From Octopus vulgaris (lineage: Eukaryota), in assembly GCA_951406725.2 (NCBI GenBank), contig CATOCA020000001.1, positions 8,990,001-9,054,000 of the forward strand: a stretch of 64,000 bases of DNA, read 5' to 3'. Under the pieces are notes generated by a model. That model searched no databases and was not told the origin of the DNA. It saw only the letters and a program-made list of their open reading frames with translations. Positions 44,166 to 57,550 of the stretch are shown piece after piece (the first letter of the stretch is position 1; every line of letters starts with the position of its first letter). The position numbers and the translations under genes were made by a program.

Positions 44166-44799
44166 TAGCGTCATTTCTGAAATGTGACAACAAAGCTATA
44201 AGACGGACACACCGAACAAAGCTAGCAGTCAGAAACTCACTGGAGAAAGGCGGTTCGGTTCGACTTCCAGGGAGACTTAGACAGATAGACACACATGTTG
44301 ACGTCATGAAACGAGAGGATGTATATTTTGGTGGTGGGATCCATCTTTGCCGGCACCGTTCAGTTTTGATCATTTGCCGAGTGATTCGTGTCGCCGATGT
44401 CGTCGGATACTTCTAAGTTCTTTACACCGAGCTACACTACACCTCGGATGCTGGTTCATGTCTTTCGAAAGACACAGCGCATTGTAGTAGCTGTTCTCTA
44501 AAGCAAGTCTCTCTGAACAATATCACTAATCGTAAACTAACGATGGTTTTCACCTCGTCCAATGAAAGGGTACCCGCAAGATTGTTTGTTTTTTATATCA
44601 TCGGACAGCGATGGTAAGCGGAATGACAGCAGATCACCGCTTAAGTGGATCCTTTTTCTAACGTCTGGATACCATTTCTAACGTCAGTCAGTTTATAGAG
44701 TGTTCTGATTGTGTTGATGTGGCACCAGTGAGGCTGAATGTTACATTGCACCAGCCTCCACGAGCGCACAAGATTAGGTACGCTCAGCTTAAAAGAGAT

Positions 44800-45690
44800 G
44801 CAGGGGACATGCCTATATGCAAGATCAACCACGATTTTACTTCGCCTGACGTCTTTTCTCAAGCATAGCAAACCGTCCTGTGTCTCGGTCCTTGTCATCC
44901 CTTCTGTGAGACCCAACGTCTGAAGATCCTTTCTCCCCATTTCGTCCCACGTTTTCTTGGGCCTACTCCTTCCGCAGTGTTTCCTTCACAATTAGAGATC
45001 AGCACCTCTTGATGAGATAGTTTTCATTCATACTCATTACATGATCATACCAGCGCAGTCTTCTCTCTTGCACACTAGATCTAATGCCTTGTATACACAG
45101 TCCTTCTCTCAAATCACTTACAAACTGTTGTATACGCTCACTGATATTACTCATCCAGCGGAGCATACTGGCTTTATTTGTTTCAAGCCTTCGCATATCT
45201 TCACTAGTCCCAGCGAATGTTTCACAATCATGTAACGCAGCTGTTCGTACATAGGCATCATACAATCTGCTTTCCACTCAGAGGGAGTGACCTATCGTCA
45301 CTAACAGATGTAGTAGCTCTCAGAACTTTGCCCAGCCTATTCTTATTCAAGCAGTTATGCCTTTGGAACAACCTCACTCCACAACATTTAACTTGGCCAC
45401 CTAAGCAAACAGTCTGCTACTTCTAAGGGTCCTCCTGACTTTTGAGGGAGTCTATTTTTGTACGTTCCTAGTGTTTAAAGAACCTGGACATCTGCTACAC
45501 GTAAAGACTACATTCTCATCTTAGGCTTCCAATGATACAAATAGATGTTGAACAAATACAGCCCCGAGGCAGTCAGGGCCGGCTTTAATTTCCTTGATTC
45601 CCTGATGAACTCAGTGTACAGGGAAACTGGTGACCCCCAGCTCAGCATAACTCCCTTATATAGAAACCTGTTTCTATAATTGTTATTCAG
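44800..45690 (-). mobile_element. Degenerate RTE-clade LINE 3' fragment
   Basis: Translation: RLYDAYVRTAALHDCET..MLRWM..RRLRWYDHVM..GRSRPKKTWDE..DLQTLGL. Confidence 0.8.
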
Positions 45691-47246
45691 CAAAAGTTGG
45701 AGGGTCATTCAAACACAATGTCATACCAACTTGAAAGATGGAGATTTCCTATATTACTCAACCAATTCTCTTTCTTCACCATCATCATAGTCATCAACAT
45801 CATCCTAGGAATGTCCAGCTTCTCTCTTTCAGACTGGTGTAGGTGGGATGTTACGGACAGTAGGTCAGAGAGCTCTGTCCAACCAATACCTCTGTCCTTG
45901 CCTTGCTTGAAACTGAGCCTCAGTAGTATTTCTCCTTGGCATAAAACAAAAGCGGCATCTCATCTACGCTAATTCTCTGAATGAAGTTTAATATTTTGAA
46001 ATGTATCGGAGCACTGACCCTTTTCAACCAATTTGAAGCGATTCAGTTTTCTGAAAAAAGGGATTTCAGCTATAGGGCATAGAATTGGTTTCGAAACAGT
46101 AAATGTTGACCTAAAGAAGATTAATAACCCATGGTTGTGTGGTTCAAAAGCTTTCTTCCTAAGTATGTGGTCGCGAGTTCAGTCCCACTCCACGGTTACT
46201 TGGGCTATTATCTTCTCCTTTAGGCCAAAGGTTAACCAAAGGATTTGTATGTGGATTTAGTAACCGGAAACTGAAAGAAGCTCATCATGTGTGTACTTGA
46301 TATCATGTGATGACTAAAAACGGCCTTACCATCAATACAAGTGATGTCGATCATTTCCAATCTTCCTTCAGAAACATGTCCGGCCGTCGGAAAATATTGC
46401 TGTGCTTGGGAACAGGTCAGAGTTGGAACCAGCAATTGAGTCCAGCTATAGAAAATCTGCCTCAATAAATTCTGTCTGACCCATGCGAGCATGGAAAAGT
46501 AGACGTTAAATGATGACAAAGAGAATGGCATGGGCGATGTGTGTACTTGTACATATGTATATATGTATGTACACACACACACACACACACACACACGCAT
46601 TTTTTAATCGAGACCCATTATGATCGGTGGGAACGTCTGAGATTCTAAGTTGGGTTTCTCTAATAGCCTGACCATAGTTTCTTACACAAACGAATCAAAT
46701 TTAATCCTCTTTAGAACAAACACTGTGTATATATGTGTCGGTGTGTGTTTGTATGCCTGTGTATGTATGTTTGCGGATGTGTGTGTGTGTTTGTGTGCGT
46801 GCATCCGTAAATGGACTTAATGTTGTTGTAAACATATTTCAGACAGGTGGCCAATACAATGCCTGATTCCATGCAGTCTCTACAAATTCTACCCGCACAG
46901 CTTATATCGATCTTGTCGAAATCTACAATGAAGATCTGTGGTAGTCCTTACCAAGTTCTTCTGTGTTGCCACTGAACATTTAGAACGGCTGCTCTTCATC
47001 GAAATTACAACAAAATATCTGGAACAGATTCTCTCTGTGACAGGCTGAAATAGTATCAAAGATTTGTAAACTAGACCTATCAAACCCCATTAATATCAAA
47101 ACAGTTTTTAAAAATAAGAAAATCAGGAAAACATCTTTTTGTTGAATAATATATTATTTATTTACATTGAGGTGAATCACACAGTTCTATAACGTATGAT
47201 GTAATATATATTTTAGAATATGTTCTGCCGTAGCTTTACAATGTAA

Positions 47247-47625
47247 CTAGCAGTATCGCCCGGCGTTGCTCAGGTTTGTAAGGAAATAACTATAAAGCAT
47301 TTTTAGAGAGTTATATCCAAAAAACAGCAAAAAGATGGAAAAAAATGATGGTAAATTTTTTTTTAGTTAAAAAAGGTGGAGTTGAGTCCCCTAGACAGTT
47401 TGCAATTTGTGTTTCTGATTCTCGACCCCATGTCGAATTTATCGATTTTTTCAGAACTGGGGGAACTTTTCAAAATTTTCGCTGCGTTAGTTTTGAACTA
47501 TGACATTGGGCTATGTGTGTGTCAAGTTTCATCAGAATCGGTTGAAAGCCGGGGTCAGGGTGAGGGTACGAGAAAACAGACACACAGAAAACGCACAGAC
47601 AAACTGCCGTTTATATATAGAGAGA
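47247..47625 (-). mobile_element. Non-autonomous Helitron
   Basis: The minus strand starts 5'-TC (47625-47624) and ends CTAG-3' (47250-47247). A subterminal GC-rich hairpin (CCTGAGCAACGCCGGG) is present. Inserted between A and T with no TSD. Confidence 0.8.
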
Positions 47626-47955
47626 TATATATTTCGAGCATTGGTTTATGAATATAATTTTGTGATTAATTCAAACAAACTTTCTAAGATTAAGCATTAT
47701 CTTTAAATTAGGGTTAAATATATAAAATATATTCAAGTAAAGAAAAAAAAAACATTTGAAAGATTTGTTGAGAGGAAAGACGACAAGGTGAGAAAAGATA
47801 AGAATTTAAATGGAGTTTTGTGTTTCTTTTATAAGATTGTTAACATATAAGAGTAACAATTTGAATCAGATAATGTCGTCATTGTGTGTGTGTGTGGATG
47901 GGGGGTGAAACGCTATTCCAGTGGAATACATACACTGTTTCTAGTTCATTAATAT

Positions 47956-47961
47956 TTTATT
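47956..47961 (-). promoter_or_regulatory. Candidate polyadenylation signal AATAAA for the minus-strand gene
   Basis: TTTATT on the + strand, ~170 nt downstream of the stop codon. The AT-rich background makes chance occurrence likely. Confidence 0.35.
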
Positions 47962-48132
47962 ATCAATTAACTAATTAGGAATCATTATGGTAACTATCTT
48001 TGTTCGAGGATCCAGGCTAAAACCTACGTATTTTGTGTGACTATTCCAGAAGCATCCCATCGAATAAAGAAATATAGTCAAAAGGCTGCTAATGCCAATT
48101 GCTCGTAACATATATTGATTCAATATAGGGCC

Positions 48133-50095
48133 TTATCTCTCATAATAAAATAATCCATCAAAACGGTTGTCCAAATTTCCGTAAATCATGATGAAATAAT
48201 CCGAAACATGTATGGCCTTGATGTGGCAGACTTCAATTTCCTGAGAGCTGAGAAAGATTTCGCATTTGCTGTCTACAGATACTTGGTGGATATTGTTATT
48301 AAAATCTGATATGTAAATATTTTCGCCGTGGATGGTCAAGGATTTGTTGAAAATGTTTGGAAATGGTTCCTCACCTTGAATCATTAGTTGTTGACTTCTT
48401 ACCCAATTGTCTCTGTACCAACATACATCGTAATGATCTTCCTTGTACTTAAGAACGACGATGTCTTCATTCGATGTCACACCCATTGCTACAACCTTCC
48501 CCTCCTTCCCTAAATTCACTCGGCCCTTATACTCGTACATTTCACCGCCAATGTGAAGTATGTCTGCGTATGTCCCATATGGAATATTACTACATTCATT
48601 TGGAGCGTCTTCAAACACACATACCAGATTTTTGCCGTTCTTTTTGTACATTAAATTGTATGGTTTTTCAGTTGTGATCTTTTTTAAAAGACACAAATCT
48701 GTATCGAAGAACATCAGTTGTTTATCGTCCCGAAAGAGGACTACAAATGATTCATCGGTCCATTGACATATATCTTGAGCTTCTTTTTCAAATGTTTGAC
48801 TGTAAAGCAGATGACCGTCTCCACTGGTGACCATGAGAGTACATTTATGGAGGAGCACGACGATACTATTGTCTTGTAACATAATTAGCTTAAAAGCATT
48901 AAGAAAACAAAACATCGAATTTGAATCTAGTAAACCAGATAGAGAAAATGAAAGCGGGAACATTGCTGTTCTATGTGGCAGTCTTCTCACTGATATTTCA
49001 TCAATTCCTAACATACTTTCCGCTATGTAATTACCACGTCTTACTTCTATTTCCCTTGATGTACTTCTTCTTTCTCCTCCATCGCCACCGTTTTTAAGTT
49101 TGTTAAATAATTCATTACTGAACATTCCCTTCTTCTTCTGAGATGTAATGGAAGGGAAATGAAGGCCAGAATCAAGATTCGATAACGACATAGATTCCAG
49201 AACCTTCAGTTGGTCCCCATCAATTTTTATAGTATCACATTCAATCATGTTGATATGTACACACCAGTAAATATTTCCCACTTTTCTCCATATTATACCA
49301 TAAGGTACTCGACTTTCCCAAACTTTATATTTCTCCAAGTTTTGTGACTTCAGTTGAAATATTTCTTGTCTGTTAGGGAGTGTGACCAAGATATTTCTTT
49401 CTCCTGTAAAACATACACCACCAACAAAACTTCCAAAATCTCTGTAACATAGCAACTTCCCGTCATCATCAAATAGTTTAACATTTCCACTATTGGCCAT
49501 TTCGCACACAACTGTCTTTCCTTCATCAGAGATATCGATATCTTTTACTTGAACAGGACAATTGTTTGTTTGTAACCGTGAAACGGGGAATTTTTGCCGA
49601 TTAATCTTGTACAAACCTTCAATATATAAGTACGAGTCATAGTTTGCAACAATTCTCGGGCCTTTACAGTTAATACTGTTGAAATCCAACGGACGTTTAT
49701 AATGTCTTTCATTTAAGAATATTCCCTTGTATTCACCGTTCTGCAACAATGAGACAATACGATACTTTTTCGTGTTTTCATAGATGTTCTTCCGCCCAGT
49801 AATGTACAAATAAGTATCATCGGTTGCCATAGAAATGGGTCGGGAATAAATACTGTGCTTAAATGAATATAAATATTGCCCGTTCGGGTTCAGAATAGTG
49901 ATGAGCCTCTCGGTATTGACGATGATGTTGTCATTAGCAATAACTGAGATATGGGTGATATTATATCTGTAGCACATCCAAAATAAGTCTATTTCTCTCA
50001 TAATACGGACAGCTGACTGTATTTCATCGATATATATATAAAACAGGCCGTTTTCAATTTCGGGTATGCGGGTACCACCACCAACATTACTGCTG

Positions 50096-50151
<56 letters not shown>

Positions 50152-52976
50152 GCTACACACCAGTAGATTGTCGGATCGACAAGCGATACAATTGTATCGA
50201 TTTTCCGTGTGGTAAGTTGCCAAGACCAATGGGAATTCCACTTTTAATGTCAGCAGTTGATAGTTATTGGTCGTTATAACCAATGTGTTTGATCGCCAGC
50301 AACACATATGTCTAGGGACAACATTTAACTTGATAGAGTCAACAAGTTGACCATCAAAAGTTAATATCTTCTTAATGTTTTCATTTGTGCTGTCATATAA
50401 AGCAACCAGGTTATTTTCTGTAATAACCAAACAACCAATCTCCACTGGATGTCTATCTCCAAAACTTTGAGGGACAACAACTTCATGAGCTTTATCAGAA
50501 ACTGTGAGATCTTGTAGATACAATCTAGAAGACAACATTTCACTGAGACTGATGTTTCTAGAAAATACATCTACCAGATCGATGAACATGTTAATTTGGC
50601 TTCTTGTGACATGATCTTTCACCAGCAAGTCATGCTCATTTACAGCAAACATGCGGCTGTTGTCTATCAAATGAACACACATTTTATCAATACGTCCACC
50701 ATAGAGATTGGATTGTGTTTTCCCTTGCGACAGTAAAATATTGGGTATCATCTCAATGCTATAAGGACCACCGTCATAACCATAGAGATTGGAGGGTGTT
50801 TTCACTTGGGATGGTAAAACACTTCTTCTCCTCTTCCTGATGATCTTGTAGAAGAATACTGCTTTCTTACCAACAATCAATAGTTTTAGTGTTTCATTTT
50901 CTAACGATAATGATTTCATTACAAAAGGAATATTAATTTTATGAATTATTTGAACTTCATTACAATTTTTAATGTTTAAAATATCTAAATGCGATGGTTT
51001 ATCGCAATAACAAATAATATGACTTTCACCCAGCTTACACACCCGTACATAAGCCTGGTTTAATGCTACACTTATAACTGCCTTTGATACGTTTCCGACG
51101 ACCCGTAATTGCTTCTCTAGAGGTAATGTGACGCCTATCTGATTATAATTCCATCGACATATATCTGTAGCTGTAGACGGCAGAGATAATATAGACACAA
51201 TGTTCCCTTCGTTGGAAATGTATAACAAACAATCATTATATATGTCGGACAACACCAACTGTCCATTTGCCAGATGACATATTTCACCAATGAGAACTTG
51301 GTCATTCTCCTTTTCTTCGAGTCGAATATTTAGATTTTTATTATAAGGATTTTGAAAGGTTACATGACAGTCTGACCAGTCATGGTACTTGTAAAGAAGA
51401 ATCCGACTGAGCAGATCGTCCAGCACATAAGCTGTTCCTTGGAAAACAGCAGCGTGACAGCGAAAGTTTGAAGGAAGTTTCAACTGCCATTTCCTTTGTC
51501 CAGTTATATTGTAACAAGTCATCAAAGACTCTCTCCTGAAGATAACATAGAAGTATAATTTGTCTGTGAAAACATGATGAGGATAGCCATTGAACTCAAT
51601 GTGTTTCTTGGAAAGCTCCTCACCAAAGCTTGAATAAAATAACAAGTTACGTTTCTTTCTGTCTACAACTACAAAATTAATTGGAGTAGCAGCAATGGCG
51701 ACATTGTCATGTTCCAATGAAATTCTGTTTACAATGTCGACATGATCCGTTTTAATCAATAAAATATGTACCTCCACTTTACCTTCATTGGTGGTCAGAG
51801 CCAAACACCTATTTGATACCATATGACACATTTGAATGTAATTGTTTTCGACGTCTATTAAATCACCTTCAGTTAGTTGTGGACAGGTAACATATTGAAG
51901 TTTCCTGTCCTCACTAAAAAGGACAAGAAATGTGTTCGAATCCACTCTGCAGAAAACAGAAGGCTGGAGTTTAAAGGTTAAACATTTTCCACCAAACGGT
52001 TGCCCTTCGTCAGTAACTAATATAGCTTTTAGATCCCGATATATAATTACTACTGAAGAGGCTGACATAGGTAGAATCGTTGTAATGTTGGAGGGGTCAT
52101 CAATATGGATTTGGTTTATCAGGCTCGGGACATGGTCTTGGTGATGGTAAGACAGCCGAGGCCAAAAATCTTTATTTGTCCTAATAATATGTACAAGACC
52201 AAAACGGTCAGTCAAGTAAATATTATTTGTTGCCACACAAATATATCGAGCTTTTATCCCAATTTCTCTTTGGGACACAGCACCGTTTGCTGAAATCTTG
52301 TAAATTACATTTCCTTGCAGAGCGTAAGAATAATTTCGATATACGGTGAGGTCGGTTGGAATATCGATGGAATGGGTCCTCAACTGAAACAAGTGTCTGC
52401 CATCTATTGTGTAACAGCTAATTCTATTTATATTAGCTAAGGCTATTAAGATATGATACTGTGGACCAACTGCTATGTTTCCAACAATTTCTTGCACACT
52501 AAATTTTTCTTCAAATTTATTTTTATCCCAGTCTATGAGATATATTGTCTTACTAAACATTTCTGTCCCTACAAATGTAGAATGTTCGAAATAGGAAATT
52601 GTAAAGAAACTATAATCCAGAGATTTTATGTGGAAACTTGATGGATTAATGAAAACTATTTTCTTGCGGAAAGGAATTGTGGCTAGAACAGTGTGTTCAC
52701 CAATTCTTGTCATGTCTGTGACATTAGAAGAACAATGAAAATCAAAATCACCGCCTGTTGTGGCACAACTTATTAACTTCAAATCTGGTGAATAGGTTAC
52801 TATTCCATTGCAGATTTCAACGATTCTTGAAACTGTGACCAGGTTGTTGGAATCGTTATCGGAGTCTGTGAGCTGCAATATTTTGGACACAGCTGGGCAA
52901 AGGGGACGGAATTTGGATGAATGCGACTTCATAATACTTTTACAGTCAAAACGTGGTATCTGCATGTAGTGATCAT
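48133..52976 (-). CDS. Terminal coding exon (~1614 codons) of an uncharacterised protein with six tandem NHL-like/6-bladed beta-propeller units; upstream exons not identified
   Basis: Uninterrupted 4.8-kb ORF of non-repetitive DNA. Pyrimidine tract and acceptor TTTTATTTCTGTTGTTATTGTTATTCAG|ATGATCAC at 52977/52976 (phase 1 relative to the ORF). A ~260-aa periodic motif recurs (e.g. ATDICRWNYNQIGVTLPLEKQLRVV). No TE domains seen. Confidence 0.85.
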
Positions 52977-55219
52977 CTGAATAACAATAACAACAGAAAT
53001 AAAATTATATTAAATTTTCAAAAGACATGAATGGGTAATATTAATTTGTAACAGCAACTTCCTACGCAATTCGAGTCACAAAAAATATCAAATCTTCTCA
53101 ATTTAATGAAAACATTGCACAACATTCCTACCACACCATTTTCAAGACACTTTCCATTTCATTTATTGTAGATAAACACGGAAATAGCAACATCAGTGGG
53201 GTTACAAGCTGAAAACACTGATATACACCAGCGGAGTTTGTTACTGAAGAGCGATATCCGTGATGATCTGGCTATGTATACCTTGACCACTTCAATTGTG
53301 GTTAATACTAGAAGGTCTACACATGTACAACCACATACTGTACAATGAGGAAATAATTTAATGCATCCCGACTGCTACCACACTCCACCCCACAAAACAA
53401 AACACTGTATTTTGTAAGTTAACTCTGTGATGTTTAACAAGATGAAAGAATGGAATATTTGACGGGTTAGATCTGGGTGTTTTTTACGGAGGCTGTGACC
53501 AGCTGCGTATTGTTATATATATGTGTGTGTATGTATGTGAGTACTAAATATGGCCTGAGTAGCTATTACACGACCAATCCTAAGATTTATGATCTCTTTC
53601 TCTCTCTCTTTCTCCTTCTCTCTTTCTTTCTCTCTCTCTCTCTTTCTTTCTCTCTCTCTCTCTCTCCCTGACCTCATGTTAGACGTTAAAAATTAGATTA
53701 GCCCCAACACCAATTCTATGAATGAATGAGGTAAATAAAATTCGAATAAACAAAACAGAAATTGCCTTTTATCGATTTAGAGAAAACGAATAATTATTGA
53801 TAATTTATAGTCAATAACTTTCTGCACTCCACTTCCTTATTGCTGGGCTAATTCTAGATGCTCTGATTTAAAATACTAATTAGTGTTTTACAAATATACA
53901 GATATATATGAAAATATTCACAGAAATATATAAACCTGTAATTACCCATGTGATCTTTTAGTAATTACTAGTATTTATGGCAATCCAGAAACCTGTAATT
54001 ATCCATTATCTCAGTTGAGATTTGGTCAGTCTATCTCCTAATTTAACATGTATAACTTTGATGTATTTGCAAGTAATTAGTATCCATCGCTACCTACCAT
54101 CACTACCACTATCATCATTGAACGTCGGTTCCCCATTCTGGCAGGGTTTGTACGTTTTGTCAGGGGCTGGCTAGGGAGAAGAATGCACCAGGCTTCACTG
54201 TCTCATTTGGCAGGATTTTACAGCTTGATACTCTTCCCAACACCAACAACCTTACAGTGGGATCTGGATCCACAAGCACTGGTGGGGGTCACCAAAGAAC
54301 TTGGAAGACAAAAAGCCTTTGAGAGGGAGAGCATTGGAGGAGGAGGTGGTCGTGTGTCAGGGGATGACAGGTTCGACTGTGACAGAGGGACTGAAACAGG
54401 TGTCTTATAGTAGAAGACATACATGATTACCCGGTGAGAGGAGGCGGGCAAGAGAAACAGTGAGAGTGAGCAACCAAGGAATGTTAATAAATAATTAAGC
54501 ACTCTGGTACCTCACACACCGTTGTAACTCAGTCTCCATCATTTACTGTTGTCAGCCTCCACCGCTCCTTCGAATCACTTTTTTAATCCTTATTGTCTCG
54601 TATCTTTTAGTCTGCATTCCGATTCTTCTATAATCTCTTCTTCTCCCATCTTAAACATATCAGTGAACAAACACATCATAGAGTAGTGAGGACTAACTTT
54701 CTAATAATTTGGAATGTGACTCAACCTCACTAATGTTGGTGCTATGATCAAATGCTCCCACTACACACTAGGAGGTGGTTGTTGGATGAGAGTTGACACC
54801 GTAAGTTTGAGAGGGAGGTTTAATCTTGCCGAGGACATGACAATCTCTTGTAGTGTTTGTGCCACAATTATATTCACCCAGGACCCTTTGTAAAGTGGTT
54901 GGCGATAAGAAGGGAATACCACCATGAAAAAGCTGGAATGGTTAATTGAGAGGTAATCCTCAAGCAATCATTATGGGTAGTTTACTGTTATGACATGGAC
55001 AGTGACCACCCATCCAGTACATGGGAGCATAGAGAGCAGATGATAAAAGGGAGAGGATGATATCATTTACTGTATTGAAACTTGCAGATAGTGAAAGGGA
55101 GCGAGAAAGAGAGAGAGAGAAAAAGAGAGAAACAAAGAAAGGCGGAGAGAGAGAGAGAGAGCTTGTCTGAGCTGCAAAGCAGCCTTCTACTTGAATAAAG
55201 GTAATATTGAATAGATATA

Positions 55220-55322
55220 ATGGTTGAATAGTGGACGTAATGACAGTGAAAAAAATGGTTGAATAGTGGACGTAATGACAGTGAAAATGGTTGAATAGTG
55301 GACGTAATGACAGTGAAAAAAA
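55220..55322. repeat. Three copies of a ~32-36 bp tandem repeat
   Basis: ATGGTTGAATAGTGGACGTAATGACAGTGAAAA(A)n repeated three times. Confidence 0.9.
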
Positions 55323-55325
55323 ATT

Positions 55326-55942
55326 TGTGTACATATTACATTTACATCTATAAATATACATCTACACATAAAATGCAAAATACAAAGTTATATCTTGATA
55401 TCGCTAGTGATAACAATACTCAAAATATATAACAGACTGGAATTTTTAGCTCTTCTTATTTCTCTGCATTTTATACTTTATAGACAATAGTCTTTTCTTT
55501 AATTTAACTTTTTACTATCCATCTGGACTATTCCATTTCTGCTCGCTAATTTTAGTTTTAATTTAATTCCCATTCATGTGAAACCACTTATTCTAGTTCA
55601 AATCATTGATGCAATTTTATACTAATTGCTATTTTTACTTTTGTTATGTTACGATTATATTATAATTTAGTTTGATTTTAATTATTACTTACTACATATA
55701 ATTCAATTGTTATTATTATTTTTATTGTTAAAGTGAAAGCATCTGACATAAAATAGAGAATTATTTTTGTTTCACTTTTAACACGTAATACTGAAATAGT
55801 GGAGAAGATATGATATTGCTATGGGCTCGCTCTAGGCAAGAAGTTGAACATTTTCGTTGGCCCATGACACTCCCCGGACCCTAAGTAAGGCATATGTAAA
55901 ATCTGAATGAAATTGGTTGTGTAGTTCTCAAGTTTTAGGGAA

Positions 55943-55981
<39 letters not shown>

Positions 55982-56010
55982 CACATTCTCAGTTTTAAAT
56001 ATATAAAGTT
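55326..56010 (-). mobile_element. Non-autonomous Helitron-like element, 3' (CTAG) end missing
   Basis: Near-identical to 61996-62667 but lacks the CTAG/hairpin terminus. Confidence 0.65.
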
Positions 56011-56039
56011 TATATATGTTGTTTTTTAACTCCATCACA

Positions 56040-57185
56040 GTTTGTGCCTTGATCCTATTGCCTCAAGACGTGTCTCTCAGCAAGCTACCGTACCATTGTC
56101 TTCAAGCTTTTGGCATGATTTCTCCTGCTATTTGTAACTTCACTTGTTTCTGCTGATCATTTACAAACGATACACAGCACTACTTATTCGATTTAAACCA
56201 CACTTTTGCCCCAAATGATGAGTTAATCCAGCCTAACCAGAATTATTTGCATATCCTTCTGATCTCTCCTTAGTATTATTAAGTAATCCATGAATGCCTT
56301 CTTGTTGTAATTCACTTGAGCCCTTTCTGCTGATATAAGTAACATCCTCATAACCATCTCAAACCAAATGGCTCATATTGTCAACATACGGCTATTCAAA
56401 TTCCTGTCTCAACACGATGCCAGTCTGTTGTAATATTTTCTGTGATGAACCGCATTGTGAAATCATTATAGCAGCTCCTAATCAGATCTTTAATCTCCTA
56501 TTAATCGTTCATTGCTTCCATCAACCATTTCTATGGTATAGAACAATAAGCATTAGCCAGATCAGGCCATACATCTTTCAAATCAGTTATATTCTCCTTT
56601 CCTTCTCGCATTAATTCCAGATTGAAAATGCTTGTTGCGCACACGCTGGAGGTCCGGTGATTCCAGTCCTCCGGACACATTTGCTCAGATAGCCATTCTT
56701 TTATAGATATGTAGCTGATATCTAAGCCCATGTAAACCTTACCATTCTCTATTGAAATTGTCCTGCTGCCACTTGCTTTGGTAAGTAAACACTTTCTTGT
56801 ATGTACAGGTCATCAATCGGTTCACCTTTATACCCCAAATCTCTTCTTCCAGGTTATGCTTATAACATAACTGAGTACAACGTTTCTATACGTTCTGTGG
56901 TACAGCATCACCTCGTGTTGCACTCTAAACTCTTACTTTCTTCACACAACTCTCAACTTCTTTCTTCCTCTTTCTTCATGAAATCACTAAGCTGAAATAT
57001 TTTGATTCTTCGTTTCATTCGGCATTTCAGACTCTCCATGGCTGGGAATGGTTGATTTCGCTTTAGGTCACTGTACATCTCTTGTATATTCCCATCATTT
57101 TCCATGCCTTATAGCCTGCGACACATGGCATCAACAAACACCATTCTAGTACCATTAGAATGGTCCTTTAGGAACTGCTATCTAA
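56040..57185 (-). mobile_element. Highly degenerate RLE-type (Hero/R2-like) non-LTR retrotransposon RT remnant; also at ~59050-60200 and ~62700-63840
   Basis: Minus-strand pieces VKKVRV*SATRGDAVPQNV*KRC, VWPDLANAYCSIP and KAFMDYL resemble the motifs VKKAR..SAPG..G.PY.VYK.CP, WLDLANAYGSVP and AFMDD, in the correct order. Confidence 0.65.
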
Positions 57186-57189
57186 AACT

Positions 57190-57310
57190 ATTTACCTTAT
57201 TTACATATTTGGCCTGATCTTGTTTGTTGTTAGCACAACGTTTCGGCTGTTATACCTTGCAGCCTTCATCAGGTGCTTTGAGGAAATTCCTAAGGTATTT
57301 TTCGATGTTG

Positions 57311-57378
<68 letters not shown>

Positions 57379-57550
57379 TTCATCATCATCATCATTATTA
57401 ATCACGTCACTGCCTGAAATCAAACACGGAATCTTGGGGTTTTAGAAGTATGCTGTACGCCAGGGGGAAATTATGAACCAAATTTTAGGGATTATGTTCC
57501 TATATTTCCTTAATACAGGTTCCAATATGCTACTCATCTCTACTTCGGAT
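57190..57550 (-). mobile_element. Penelope 3' end/pseudo-LTR fragment; also at ~60208-60574 and ~63846-64000
   Basis: Homologous to 31255-31470. Translation EMSSILEPVLRK matches DMNSLWEPVLRK of the 31.4-kb element. Shares TTGTTTGTTGTT and AAGGTATTTTTCGATGTT. Confidence 0.85.
57232..57277 (-). ncRNA. Minimal type I hammerhead ribozyme motif, copy A
   Basis: AGCAC-CUGAUGA-A-GGCUG(caagguauaa)CAGCC-GAAAC-GUU-GUGCU. Stem I is AGCAC/GUGCU, stem II is GGCUG/CAGCC, and stem III is the palindrome AACGUU. Confidence 0.85.

Noticed and set aside
53282-53337. Candidate 56-nt upstream exon of the propeller gene (AG...GT flanks on the minus strand)
   Set aside because: The frame compatible with the phase-1 acceptor at 52976 contains a stop; the open frame ends in phase 0.
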